A stretch of DNA of 64,000 bases, taken from positions 7,360,001-7,424,000 of the forward strand of contig OZ245006.1 of the NCBI GenBank assembly GCA_965223545.1, read 5' to 3'. Below are positions 56,064 through 64,000 of the stretch, in pieces; within the stretch, counting starts at the first letter, position 1; every line of letters starts with the position of its first letter. Source of the stretch: Planctomycetota bacterium. Lineage in GTDB: Bacteria; Planctomycetota; UBA1135; UBA2386. The notes under the pieces were generated by a model, which saw only the letters and a list, made by a program, of their open reading frames with translations, was not told the DNA's origin and ran no database searches. A program made the translations under genes and the position numbers.

Positions 56064-57404
56064 TCAGGCGTACCGCGCGTTCCGGTGCCGGTCGAGGAAG
56101 AAGCCCTGGAGTAGCGGATCCACCTGCAGCAGGCCCTGCCGGGTCAGCACCACCGCGCCCTCTTCGAGCTCGAGATGACCGCGGCTCTGGTAGTCGCGCA
56201 GCACACCGGCGAAGCGCTGCTGGGGGTCGACCCCGAACTTGTCGACGAACGGCCGGGTCTCGACGCGGCCCAGCTTCAGCTGCAGCACGAACTCGCGGAT
56301 CATCCGTTCTTCGTCGGTGAGCTGCAGGGCGCGGCGCAGCGGGAACGCGCCGGCCTCGACCGCTTGCAGGTAGTCGTCGAGGTGGTGCGCGTTCTGCACG
56401 TGGAAGCCGCCGAGGTGCGAGAACGAGGCGACGCCGATGCCGAGCATGTCGGCGCCGTGCCACAGCGCGTCGCGGTAGCGGAAGTGGACCTCGTCGCCGC
56501 GCACGGCCGTGTAGGCGCTGCCGATGCGATAGCCGTCGCGCTCCAAGGCGGCGAACGCTTCGCCGACCCAGCGGCGCTTGGTCGGCCAGTCCGCCACCGG
56601 CGCGACCTGTTGGCCGCCGTCGCGCATGCGCCGGTAGAGCGTCGTGTTGTACGGCACCTCCATCTGGTAGATGGTGATGCTCTCCGGCGCCAGCGCGCGG
56701 GCGCGCTCGACGCTGCGCGTCCAACCTTCATCCGACTCGCCGACCATGCCGGCGATCAGGTCGAGATTGCGCTGGTCGAAGCCCGCCTCGCCGGCCCACC
56801 CATAGGCGCGATCGATCTCGGCGGCGCGGTGGGCGCGGTTGTTGAGCGCCAGCAGCTCCGCATCGAAGCTCTCCACGCCCAGGCTGAGGCGGGTGACGCC
56901 GAGCTCGGCCAAGGCGTGCACCTTGCGCTCCTGCAAGGTCCCGGGTTCGCACTCGAAGGTCACTTCGCGCACCGCGTCCCACGGCATCAGCGCGCGCAGC
57001 TGCTCGAACAGCGAGCGCAGCTGGTCGACCGACAGATACGACGGCGTGCCGCCGCCGAAGTAGACGAACTCCGGCGGCCGGTCGCGCAGGTAGGGGGTCG
57101 CCGCCAGCAGGCGCAGCTCGGCGACCAAGGCGTCGACGTAGCGGTGGACGCGCGCCGAGTCGTTGTCGGTATAGACCCGGAAGTAGCAAAAATCGCAGCG
57201 CTTGCGGCAGAACGGGATGTGGACGTAGAGGCCGAACGGCGGCGGCTTCTCCGGCGCCAGCGCGAGCCGTTGGGTGGCCGCCGGCAGGGTTTCGGCGCTC
57301 CACGCCGAGAACGGCGGGTAGTTGGCGACGAAGTAGTTGCCGGCGGCGGTGGCGTCGGGCCGCGGCTGGGCCGTGTCGTGGTCGTTTTGGCTGGCTTCGG
57401 ACAT
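56064..57404 (-). CDS. HemN-like radical SAM enzyme
   Basis: YVHIPFCRKRCDFC, YFGGGTPS, RLSLGVESF and a HemN-type C-terminal domain. Confidence 0.9.
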   Translation of the reverse strand: MSEASQNDHDTAQPRPDATAAGNYFVANYPPFSAWSAETLPAATQRLALAPEKPPPFGLYVHIPFCRKRCDFCYFRVYTDNDSARVHRYVDALVAELRLLAATPYLRDRPPEFVYFGGGTPSYLSVDQLRSLFEQLRALMPWDAVREVTFECEPGTLQERKVHALAELGVTRLSLGVESFDAELLALNNRAHRAAEIDRAYGWAGEAGFDQRNLDLIAGMVGESDEGWTRSVERARALAPESITIYQMEVPYNTTLYRRMRDGGQQVAPVADWPTKRRWVGEAFAALERDGYRIGSAYTAVRGDEVHFRYRDALWHGADMLGIGVASFSHLGGFHVQNAHHLDDYLQAVEAGAFPLRRALQLTDEERMIREFVLQLKLGRVETRPFVDKFGVDPQQRFAGVLRDYQSRGHLELEEGAVVLTRQGLLQVDPLLQGFFLDRHRNARYA

Positions 57405-57545
57405 CGCGGCGCGCTGGATCTTAGCGTCGGTGGTACGGTTCCGGGACTCGCAGTGCGAGGCCGGCGCGCGTATCTTCCGGCGCGGCTACAGCATGCGCGC
57501 GCCCCGCGAACGGCGCGGCGCGCGTGCCAAACATACCGAAAGTTC

Positions 57546-58778
57546 GTGAATCGCTACGACGCGGCAATCATCGGCGGCGGCCCGGCGGGGGCTGCGGCAG
57601 CGCTCCTGTTGGCGCGGTCCGGGCATCGCGTCGTCGTGCTCGAGCGCGAGCGGTTCCCGCGGGTACACGTCGGCGAGTCGTTGGTGCCGGCGGTCAATCT
57701 CAGCCTGGATCGGCTCGGCGTGACCGCGGCGATGGAGAGCCTGCGCTGTCCGGCGAAGCACGGCGTGCAGTTCTTCACCCAGCGCGGCGCGGCCCGGCCG
57801 TTCTACTTTTCCGAGGTCGACGATCCCCGCATGCACACGACCTGGCAGGTCGAACGCGCTGGATTCGACGCGATGCTGCTGGACGCCGCCCGCGACGCCG
57901 GTGCCGAGGTGCGGCATGGCGTCGAGGTCGTCGCCGTGGCCGGCGCCGATGGCCGGGTCGAGGGCGTCCGCGTACGCGCGCCGGATGGCGAGCAGGAGGT
58001 CCGCGCCGGCGTCGTGGTCGACGCATCGGGTGCCTCGGGGGTCGTGGCGCGGCGGCTGGGCCAGCGCGTGCCGATCCCCGAGCTGCGCAACGCGGCGGTC
58101 TGGGCACACTACCGCGGAGCTCGCCTGGACCCGGGCATCGATGCGGGGTCGACCTTGATCTTCCGGCTCGACACCGCCGCGTGGCTGTGGTGGATCCCGT
58201 TGCCGGACGCGGTCAGCATCGGTCTGGTCGCGCCGGCGGACCGGCTGACCGAGTTCGGCAGCGAGCCGATCGCCATCCTCGAAGAGGCCATCGGCCGGAG
58301 TCCACAACTGACGGAGCGGTTGCGCACCGCCGAGCGCTGCACCGCGGCGCGGCCGGTGCGCGATTTCTCCTACGTCTCCGAGCGAGAGGGCGGACCCGGG
58401 TGGCTACTGGTCGGCGACGCCCTCGCCTTCCTCGATCCGATCTACTCGACCGGGTTGTTCCTGTCGCTGTACTCGGCGGAGCTGGCGGCGGAAGCGATCG
58501 ACGGCGCGCTGCGCACGGGCCAGCCGCTGGACTTCGACGGCTACGCGGCCGACTACCGGCGCGCGTATCGACGGTTCGAGGCGCTGGTGCGTGCCTACTA
58601 TCAAGAAGAGTTCCACTTCGGCGAGTTCGCCCGCGACGCGGAGCGGCGCCGGGGTCTGGTCGACTTGCTCAGTGGCCTGTGGGACACCGAGGCGGCGGCC
58701 GGGGTCGAGCGCGCGCTGTGGGCGCGGCACGGCACCCGGTTGGCAGCGCGGCGGCCCACCGGCACCGAGGGGTCCTGA
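57546..58778 (+). CDS. Flavin-dependent halogenase-like oxidoreductase
   Basis: GTG 57546. IIGGGPAG, FPRVHVGESL, KHG, VER..FD, WLWWIP and GDA..FLDPIYSTG. Confidence 0.85.
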   Translation: MNRYDAAIIGGGPAGAAAALLLARSGHRVVVLERERFPRVHVGESLVPAVNLSLDRLGVTAAMESLRCPAKHGVQFFTQRGAARPFYFSEVDDPRMHTTWQVERAGFDAMLLDAARDAGAEVRHGVEVVAVAGADGRVEGVRVRAPDGEQEVRAGVVVDASGASGVVARRLGQRVPIPELRNAAVWAHYRGARLDPGIDAGSTLIFRLDTAAWLWWIPLPDAVSIGLVAPADRLTEFGSEPIAILEEAIGRSPQLTERLRTAERCTAARPVRDFSYVSEREGGPGWLLVGDALAFLDPIYSTGLFLSLYSAELAAEAIDGALRTGQPLDFDGYAADYRRAYRRFEALVRAYYQEEFHFGEFARDAERRRGLVDLLSGLWDTEAAAGVERALWARHGTRLAARRPTGTEGS

Positions 58779-58803
58779 CGTTTCGTTGACTTGGAGTCGT
58801 GCG

Positions 58804-60189
58804 ATGAACGGTGATTGCCGCGCTGGCGCAGCCTTGCTGCCCATCCTCTGTCTGTCGGTCCTGCCGGTCGCGAACGCTCAAGACTGGCCGCACTGGCGCG
58901 GGCCGCGCTACGACGGTTGGTCGCCGGCGACTGGCCTGCCGGCCAAGTTCGATGCCGAGACCAACCTGGCGTGGCGTTGCGCCATGCCCGGCCCCGCCGC
59001 GTGCACGCCGATCGTGGTGGGCGACGCGATCTTCCTCAGCTCCGTCGATACCGAGCGCGAGCGGCTCGTCGCGATGCGGGTCGACGCGGCCACCGGCGAG
59101 ATCGTCTGGCAGCGCGATGCCGACTCGGGCTATCGGCCCGGGGAGGTGGGCAGCCGAGTCGCCGGCGGGCGGCGCAGCAACTACGCGTCGCCGTCGCCGA
59201 CGACGGATGGCGAGCGGGTCGTGTTCTTCTTCGGCAACGGCGACCTGGTGAGCTACGACTTCGACGGCGAGGAGCAGTGGCGGCGCAACGTCTGCGAGGA
59301 CTACGGCGACTTCGCGTTCCAGTGGACCTTCTCGGCGAGCCCGACGCTCTGGCGGGACATGCTGGTGCTGCCGGTGCTGCAGCGCGACGTCGAGGTGCAG
59401 CGGCGGCGGCAGCGGGGCGGTCCGCAGGCCGAGCCCGGCCGCGAGGGCATCGAGTCGTTCTTGCTCGGCTTGGATCCCGCGACGGGCGAGACCCGCTACC
59501 GGCATTTGCGCCCCTCGGATGCCCGCGTCGAGTCGCGCGAGAGCTACGCCACGCCGATCCCCTACGTCGGCGACGACGATCGCGCCGAGCTGCTCATCGT
59601 CGGCGGCGACGTGATCACCGGCCACGTGCCGGAGACCGGTGAAGAGCTGTGGCGGTGGGGGACCTGGAACGAGGCCCACCGCGAACGCTGGTGGCGCTTG
59701 GTACCCTCGCCGGTCGTCGGCGATGGCGTGGCGCTGGTGTGCGCGCCGAAGCGCGCGCCGGTGTTCGCCGTCAGGCTCGGCGGCGAGGGCTTGCAGATGC
59801 CCACCGCCAACCTGTGGCGCAGCAGCGGCCGACCCAACCCGGTGAGCAGCGACGTGCCCACGCCGGCATTCGCCGACGGACACTTCTACGTCCTGAGCGA
59901 CGTGCAGAGCGCCCTCTCCAAGGTGTCGTCCGTCGACGGAGAGGTCGTGTGGACCACCGAGCTGAGCAAGGACACCCTGTGGCGCGCGTCACCGACCATC
60001 GCGGACGGCCACGTCTACTGCATGAACCACGGCGGTGAGGTGGTGGTGGTCGACGCCGAGACCGGCGACATCACCCACCACACGGCACTCGGCGAGCCCG
60101 ACGACGATCTCACTCGATCATCGATCGTCGCCGCCCGCGGCGGCCTGTTCGTGCGCACCAACCAGGCCTTGTTCCACTTCGCCGAGTAG
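58804..60189 (+). CDS. PQQ-binding-like beta-propeller (BamB-like) protein
   Basis: Signal peptide, QDWPHWRGP, and repeated ASP/SP..DG propeller blades. Confidence 0.88.
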   Translation: MNGDCRAGAALLPILCLSVLPVANAQDWPHWRGPRYDGWSPATGLPAKFDAETNLAWRCAMPGPAACTPIVVGDAIFLSSVDTERERLVAMRVDAATGEIVWQRDADSGYRPGEVGSRVAGGRRSNYASPSPTTDGERVVFFFGNGDLVSYDFDGEEQWRRNVCEDYGDFAFQWTFSASPTLWRDMLVLPVLQRDVEVQRRRQRGGPQAEPGREGIESFLLGLDPATGETRYRHLRPSDARVESRESYATPIPYVGDDDRAELLIVGGDVITGHVPETGEELWRWGTWNEAHRERWWRLVPSPVVGDGVALVCAPKRAPVFAVRLGGEGLQMPTANLWRSSGRPNPVSSDVPTPAFADGHFYVLSDVQSALSKVSSVDGEVVWTTELSKDTLWRASPTIADGHVYCMNHGGEVVVVDAETGDITHHTALGEPDDDLTRSSIVAARGGLFVRTNQALFHFAE

Positions 60190-60230
60190 TACGGAGTCGC
60201 ACTCGATTTTCTCGCTTCGCCGCGCGCCGC

Positions 60231-62888
60231 TCACGGTGTGACGCCGCGCAGCCCGTTGCTCGCCGCAGCGCCCGCGACCGCACTTGCATCGAGCAGCCAC
60301 GCCTGCGCATACAAGCTCAACCCCGCGGGGACGCCCAGCGGCCAGCGCTGTTGCAGGAACGCGCTCCCCCGTGCGTCGGTCGACAGGGGCACCGCGACAT
60401 CCGGTCGCGGCACGAGCACTCCGCCGAGCAGTGGCAGGTCGACGCGGGCGCCGCCCAAGACCAACACCCCGGGTGCGCTCGCTGCGGCACGGTGGACGGC
60501 GAGGGTCAGCGGCGTCGCTGGCTGGAGGATACCGGTGCCGCGCAGCTGCGGTGGGCCCGCGGCGCCGGGCAGCGCGTTGCCAAGGTCGGTCCAGGCGTCG
60601 CCGCCGGTGCCGCGCAGGGTGATCAGCGCCGGATAGTACCAGCGTGCCGGCGAGCGCTCGACCTGAACCAAGACGTCTTGCACCGAGTCGCCGTCGAGGT
60701 CGGCCAGGGCCAGCCCGAACGGGCGCTCGTTGACACCGAGCCGCAGGTGTTCATCGAACGTGCCATCGCCCCGGTTGCGCCAGAACGACACGTCCTGCGC
60801 GCCGAAGTTGCCGGCCAGCAAGTCGACGTCGCCGTCGCCATCCGCGTCGCCGGCGACCAGCATGTTGAAGTTGCTCACCGAGATCGCCGCGCGGCTGGCG
60901 CGGTAGCTGCGCGGCGGCTTCAGCAACCCCGCGATGCCGCGCCCCAGCAGGATCGACATGGTCAGCGAGTTCGCGTCCAGCGTTGCCGCGTCCAGGTTGC
61001 CGTCGCCGTCGTAGTCGGCAAGCGCGATCTCGGTGACCGCGAATCCCGACTGGAAGGTGGCCGGCGTGCCGAACGTGCCGTCGCCGTTGCCCAGGCTGAC
61101 CTCGACCCACCCCTGAATGCCGCTGTTGGTGACCAGGTCGATGGTGCCGTCGTTGTCCATGTCGCCGGCCTCGACCGCGTCGAAGTAGTTGCTGACCTCG
61201 TGTCCGGCGAATGCGGCGAAGGCGCCGCCGTCGCGCCGCGAAACCTGCACCTCGTCGTTGCAGCCGGCGACCAGGGCGTCGAGGTCACCGTCTCGGTCGA
61301 CGTCGGCCAACCGCAGCTCGTCGGCCTCGCATGCCAGGCCCGGCCCCGCGCGCTCGGCGTCCAGCGAGCCGTCGCCCCGGTTCAGGCGCCAGCGGAGCCG
61401 CGTGGGGAAGCGGTCGTCCATCCAGACGACGTCGAGGTCGCCATCGCCGTCGAGGTCTCCCAGCGCGAGCGTCTTGGCCATCATCGGCGCGCGGTAGAAC
61501 GTCGAGGGCGCGAACTGACCACCCCCGATGCCGAGCGCCACGGCGAGGCCCCAGTTGCTGCCGGAGCCGAAGTTCTCGCTGTAGCCGACCACGACGTCGA
61601 GAACGCCGTCGCCGTCGAGGTCGCCGGTGCGCATCTCGCCGTACGAGCAGGGCGCCCAGCTGAGCGGCACGAGGTCGTGGTGCTGCGCCACCGGGTAGGC
61701 GCCGTCGCCAGGGTTCTTGTGCACGCCGACCGTCGTCGAGCCGGTCGACACCGCGGTGATGTCGAGGTCGCCGTCGCCGTCGAGGTCGGCCGGCACCGCG
61801 CCGCTGAGGCCATTGCCCGAGCGATAGGGCTGCGCCGTGCCGAACCCGCCGCTGCCGTCGCCGGCGACGATCGAGAACCCGAACACGCTGCGTTGGCCGA
61901 TGCAGAGGTCCACCCAGCCATCGCCGGTGACGTCCGCGACGTGCAGCGAGGTGCCGGCGTCGCGGCCGGCGACCAACGGGATCACGGTCAGGGGATCGAA
62001 GCTGCCGTCACCGCGGTTGCGCAGCAGGCCGACGTGGCCGGTCGGGCCCTGAAACGCACCGGAGCCGGCGCGCTCGGCGGTGTACAGCAGGTCGGCATCC
62101 CCGTCGCGATCGACGTCGTGCAGCGCCACGGCCGGCAGGTTGTCGAGCTGGATGACCGGTGAGCCCATGTGCACCACCGGCGCGTCGAAGCCACCGCTGC
62201 CGCTGAGCATCACCGACAGGTCGTGCATCTCGCCGGCGATGACCAGGTCGGGCCTTCCATCGCCGTCGAGGTCGCCGGAGGCCGCTGCCGAGGACGAGCT
62301 CGGCAGCGTGCGGATCACCGGTGGCGCGAACGCGCCACCGCCCAGGTTGCGCAAGTACGCCCAGCTGTTGCCGGCACTGATGAGGTTGTCGTGCGCCACC
62401 GCCAGGTCGGCGTCGCCATCGCCGTCGAAGTCGGCCGCGGTGATGCCGGTCGGTCCCGGACCGGCGACATAGACTCCGCCGCGGACGAAGCCCGCGCCGC
62501 CGTCATTGAGCAGCACCGTGACCGTCGTGCCGTCCCACAGCATGCCGGTGTTGGCGACGGCCAGATCCAGATCGCCGTCGCCGTCGAGGTCGGCGGCCAC
62601 CATGCCACCACTCGGCCCGGCGACCGGGTAGAACGACGGCGGGCCAAAGCCACCGCGGCCGTCGCCCCGCAGCACGACGACGTTGGCGCCGGGGCCCCAG
62701 CTGGCGGCGGCGAGGTCGAGGTTGCCGTCGCCGTCGAAGTCGGCCACTTGTGGCGCCGAGGGCACGAGAGCCTCGGTCGAGAGCGATACGTCGAACACGG
62801 TGCTCGGCGCGTCGAACTCGAAGTGCTGCGCGCTCGCGGGGAGGGCCGCCGCACACGCGGCAACCACGGAACAGAGAGCTCGGTTCAT
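60231..62888 (-). CDS. Secreted FG-GAP/VCBS repeat protein
   Basis: From ATG 62888 (MNRALCS). ADLDGDGDLD...NRGDG repeats and the shared C-terminal domain. Confidence 0.9.
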   Translation of the reverse strand: MNRALCSVVAACAAALPASAQHFEFDAPSTVFDVSLSTEALVPSAPQVADFDGDGNLDLAAASWGPGANVVVLRGDGRGGFGPPSFYPVAGPSGGMVAADLDGDGDLDLAVANTGMLWDGTTVTVLLNDGGAGFVRGGVYVAGPGPTGITAADFDGDGDADLAVAHDNLISAGNSWAYLRNLGGGAFAPPVIRTLPSSSSAAASGDLDGDGRPDLVIAGEMHDLSVMLSGSGGFDAPVVHMGSPVIQLDNLPAVALHDVDRDGDADLLYTAERAGSGAFQGPTGHVGLLRNRGDGSFDPLTVIPLVAGRDAGTSLHVADVTGDGWVDLCIGQRSVFGFSIVAGDGSGGFGTAQPYRSGNGLSGAVPADLDGDGDLDITAVSTGSTTVGVHKNPGDGAYPVAQHHDLVPLSWAPCSYGEMRTGDLDGDGVLDVVVGYSENFGSGSNWGLAVALGIGGGQFAPSTFYRAPMMAKTLALGDLDGDGDLDVVWMDDRFPTRLRWRLNRGDGSLDAERAGPGLACEADELRLADVDRDGDLDALVAGCNDEVQVSRRDGGAFAAFAGHEVSNYFDAVEAGDMDNDGTIDLVTNSGIQGWVEVSLGNGDGTFGTPATFQSGFAVTEIALADYDGDGNLDAATLDANSLTMSILLGRGIAGLLKPPRSYRASRAAISVSNFNMLVAGDADGDGDVDLLAGNFGAQDVSFWRNRGDGTFDEHLRLGVNERPFGLALADLDGDSVQDVLVQVERSPARWYYPALITLRGTGGDAWTDLGNALPGAAGPPQLRGTGILQPATPLTLAVHRAAASAPGVLVLGGARVDLPLLGGVLVPRPDVAVPLSTDARGSAFLQQRWPLGVPAGLSLYAQAWLLDASAVAGAAASNGLRGVTP

Positions 62889-62920
62889 GATCGGTGGGAT
62901 TGGGTTGGCGCCGAGGAGGT

Positions 62921-64000
62921 TCAGTACTGCGTGCCCTGCAGGGCGTTGCTGGCGGTGACACCGCTCGGGCCGGTCGGGTCCAGGATCCAGCTCTGCGCGA
63001 ACAGCGAGATGCCGGTGGGGACGCCGACCGGGATCGGCAGAGTCAGGCTCGATGCGCCGAGTGGGTCGGTGGCAAACGGCGTCAACAGATCCGGCCGCGG
63101 CACGAGCAGACCGCCCAGCAGCGGCTGGTCGACGCGCTGCAGGCCGAGGACGTGCACGCCTGCGGCGGCGGCCGCCGCGTTGGCGAGATCGAGTTGCACG
63201 GACTGGCCGCCGACGACCGGCGTCGCGCTCTGCAGGGTCGGTGCTCCCAGCGCGCCGCCGAGCGCACTCCGCAGGTTGCGCCACGCGCTGCCGGCGGTGC
63301 CGGGCAGCACCGCGGCGGCGGGAAAGAAGCTCAGCGATGCGCCGGGCACGATGCCGACGACGAGATCCTCGATCGCGTCGCCGGTGACATCCGCCCAGAC
63401 CAGATCGAACACCTCGTCACCGGTTCCGTAGCGCAGCTGCCGATCGAAGGTGCCGTCGCCGCGGTTGCGGTAGACGGAGACATCGCGCGAGCTCCAGTTG
63501 CCGGTCATCAGGTCGAGATCCCCGTCGCCGTCGATGTCGCCGGCCGTGATCCGGCGCGCGTTGCTGAGCGCGGGGTCATAGGCGCTCTCGTAGTGGACCG
63601 CCGGGAAGAAGCCGCCGTCCCCGAAGCCGATCAGCACCGACACGGTGGATTGGCCCTTGTTCTGCCCGAGGTTGGAGGTCGCGAGGTCGAGGTTGCCGTC
63701 GCGGTTGAAGTCGGCCACGGCGATCGACAGCGGACCGCGCTCGGTCACCGACGTCAGCGGTGTGCCGAACGTGCCGTCGCCGTTGCCGAGGCTGACCTCG
63801 ATGCCGTTGAAGCCGCTGTTGGTGACCAGATCGGCGATGCCGTCGTTGTCGATGTCGGCGTGGGTGACGAAGGTGGTGAAGGTGCTGAGCGTGTGCTGCG
63901 TGACGCGCGCGAACGTGCCGTCGCCGGCGTTGTGCAGCAAGAACAGGGGCTGGCCGTTGCCGCCCCCGCAGAAGGCCGCCGCCGAGACCGCCACGTCCAG
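62921..64000 (-). CDS. FG-GAP/VCBS repeat protein (5'-truncated by the window edge), paralog of 60231..62888
   Basis: DLVTNSG..EVSLGNGDGTFGTP is shared with its neighbour. The frame is open to the window end. Confidence 0.85.
   Translation of the reverse strand: MDVAVSAAAFCGGGNGQPLFLLHNAGDGTFARVTQHTLSTFTTFVTHADIDNDGIADLVTNSGFNGIEVSLGNGDGTFGTPLTSVTERGPLSIAVADFNRDGNLDLATSNLGQNKGQSTVSVLIGFGDGGFFPAVHYESAYDPALSNARRITAGDIDGDGDLDLMTGNWSSRDVSVYRNRGDGTFDRQLRYGTGDEVFDLVWADVTGDAIEDLVVGIVPGASLSFFPAAAVLPGTAGSAWRNLRSALGGALGAPTLQSATPVVGGQSVQLDLANAAAAAAGVHVLGLQRVDQPLLGGLLVPRPDLLTPFATDPLGASSLTLPIPVGVPTGISLFAQSWILDPTGPSGVTASNALQGTQY

Noticed and set aside
51416..56320. 1634-aa plus-strand ORF
   Set aside because: Antisense shadow of several well-supported minus-strand genes in high-GC DNA; no motifs.
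56064..57404. Radical SAM enzyme as a maturase for the WTW-containing precursor
   Set aside because: HemN-like with no SPASM or RRE domain, and more than 50 kb from the precursor.

Overview
A GC-rich, gene-dense bacterial window. The gene content (FG-GAP/VCBS and ELWxxDGT repeat proteins, a QDWPHWRGP-type propeller, a moxR-bat operon, efpL) suggests Planctomycetota; this is an inference. The main candidate for an undescribed system is a compact three-gene RiPP operon at 1440-5346. It has an unknown helical protein, a complete class IV (LanL-type lyase-kinase-zinc cyclase) lanthipeptide synthetase, and a 132-aa precursor with a long leader and a Cys/Thr-dense core (WTWDCCCTGCCLTCICTQNTS), followed by a 15-bp hairpin. 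The second highlight is a gene the ORF track truncates at 53790-54140. It is a probable selenoprotein with an in-frame TGA, a SECIS-like hairpin 11 nt downstream and a C-terminal zinc ribbon. Seven secreted proteins with different N-terminal bodies share a C-terminal domain that may be a sorting signal. The window also has an M50/HlyD export cassette with a possible RRE-like N-terminus, a probable 2-oxoglutarate decarboxylase/SSADH pair, a halogenase-like/HemN-like radical SAM/thioesterase trio and a hybrid histidine kinase. No rRNA, tRNA, CRISPR array or mobile element was recognised. All calls come from reading motifs by eye; no searches were run.
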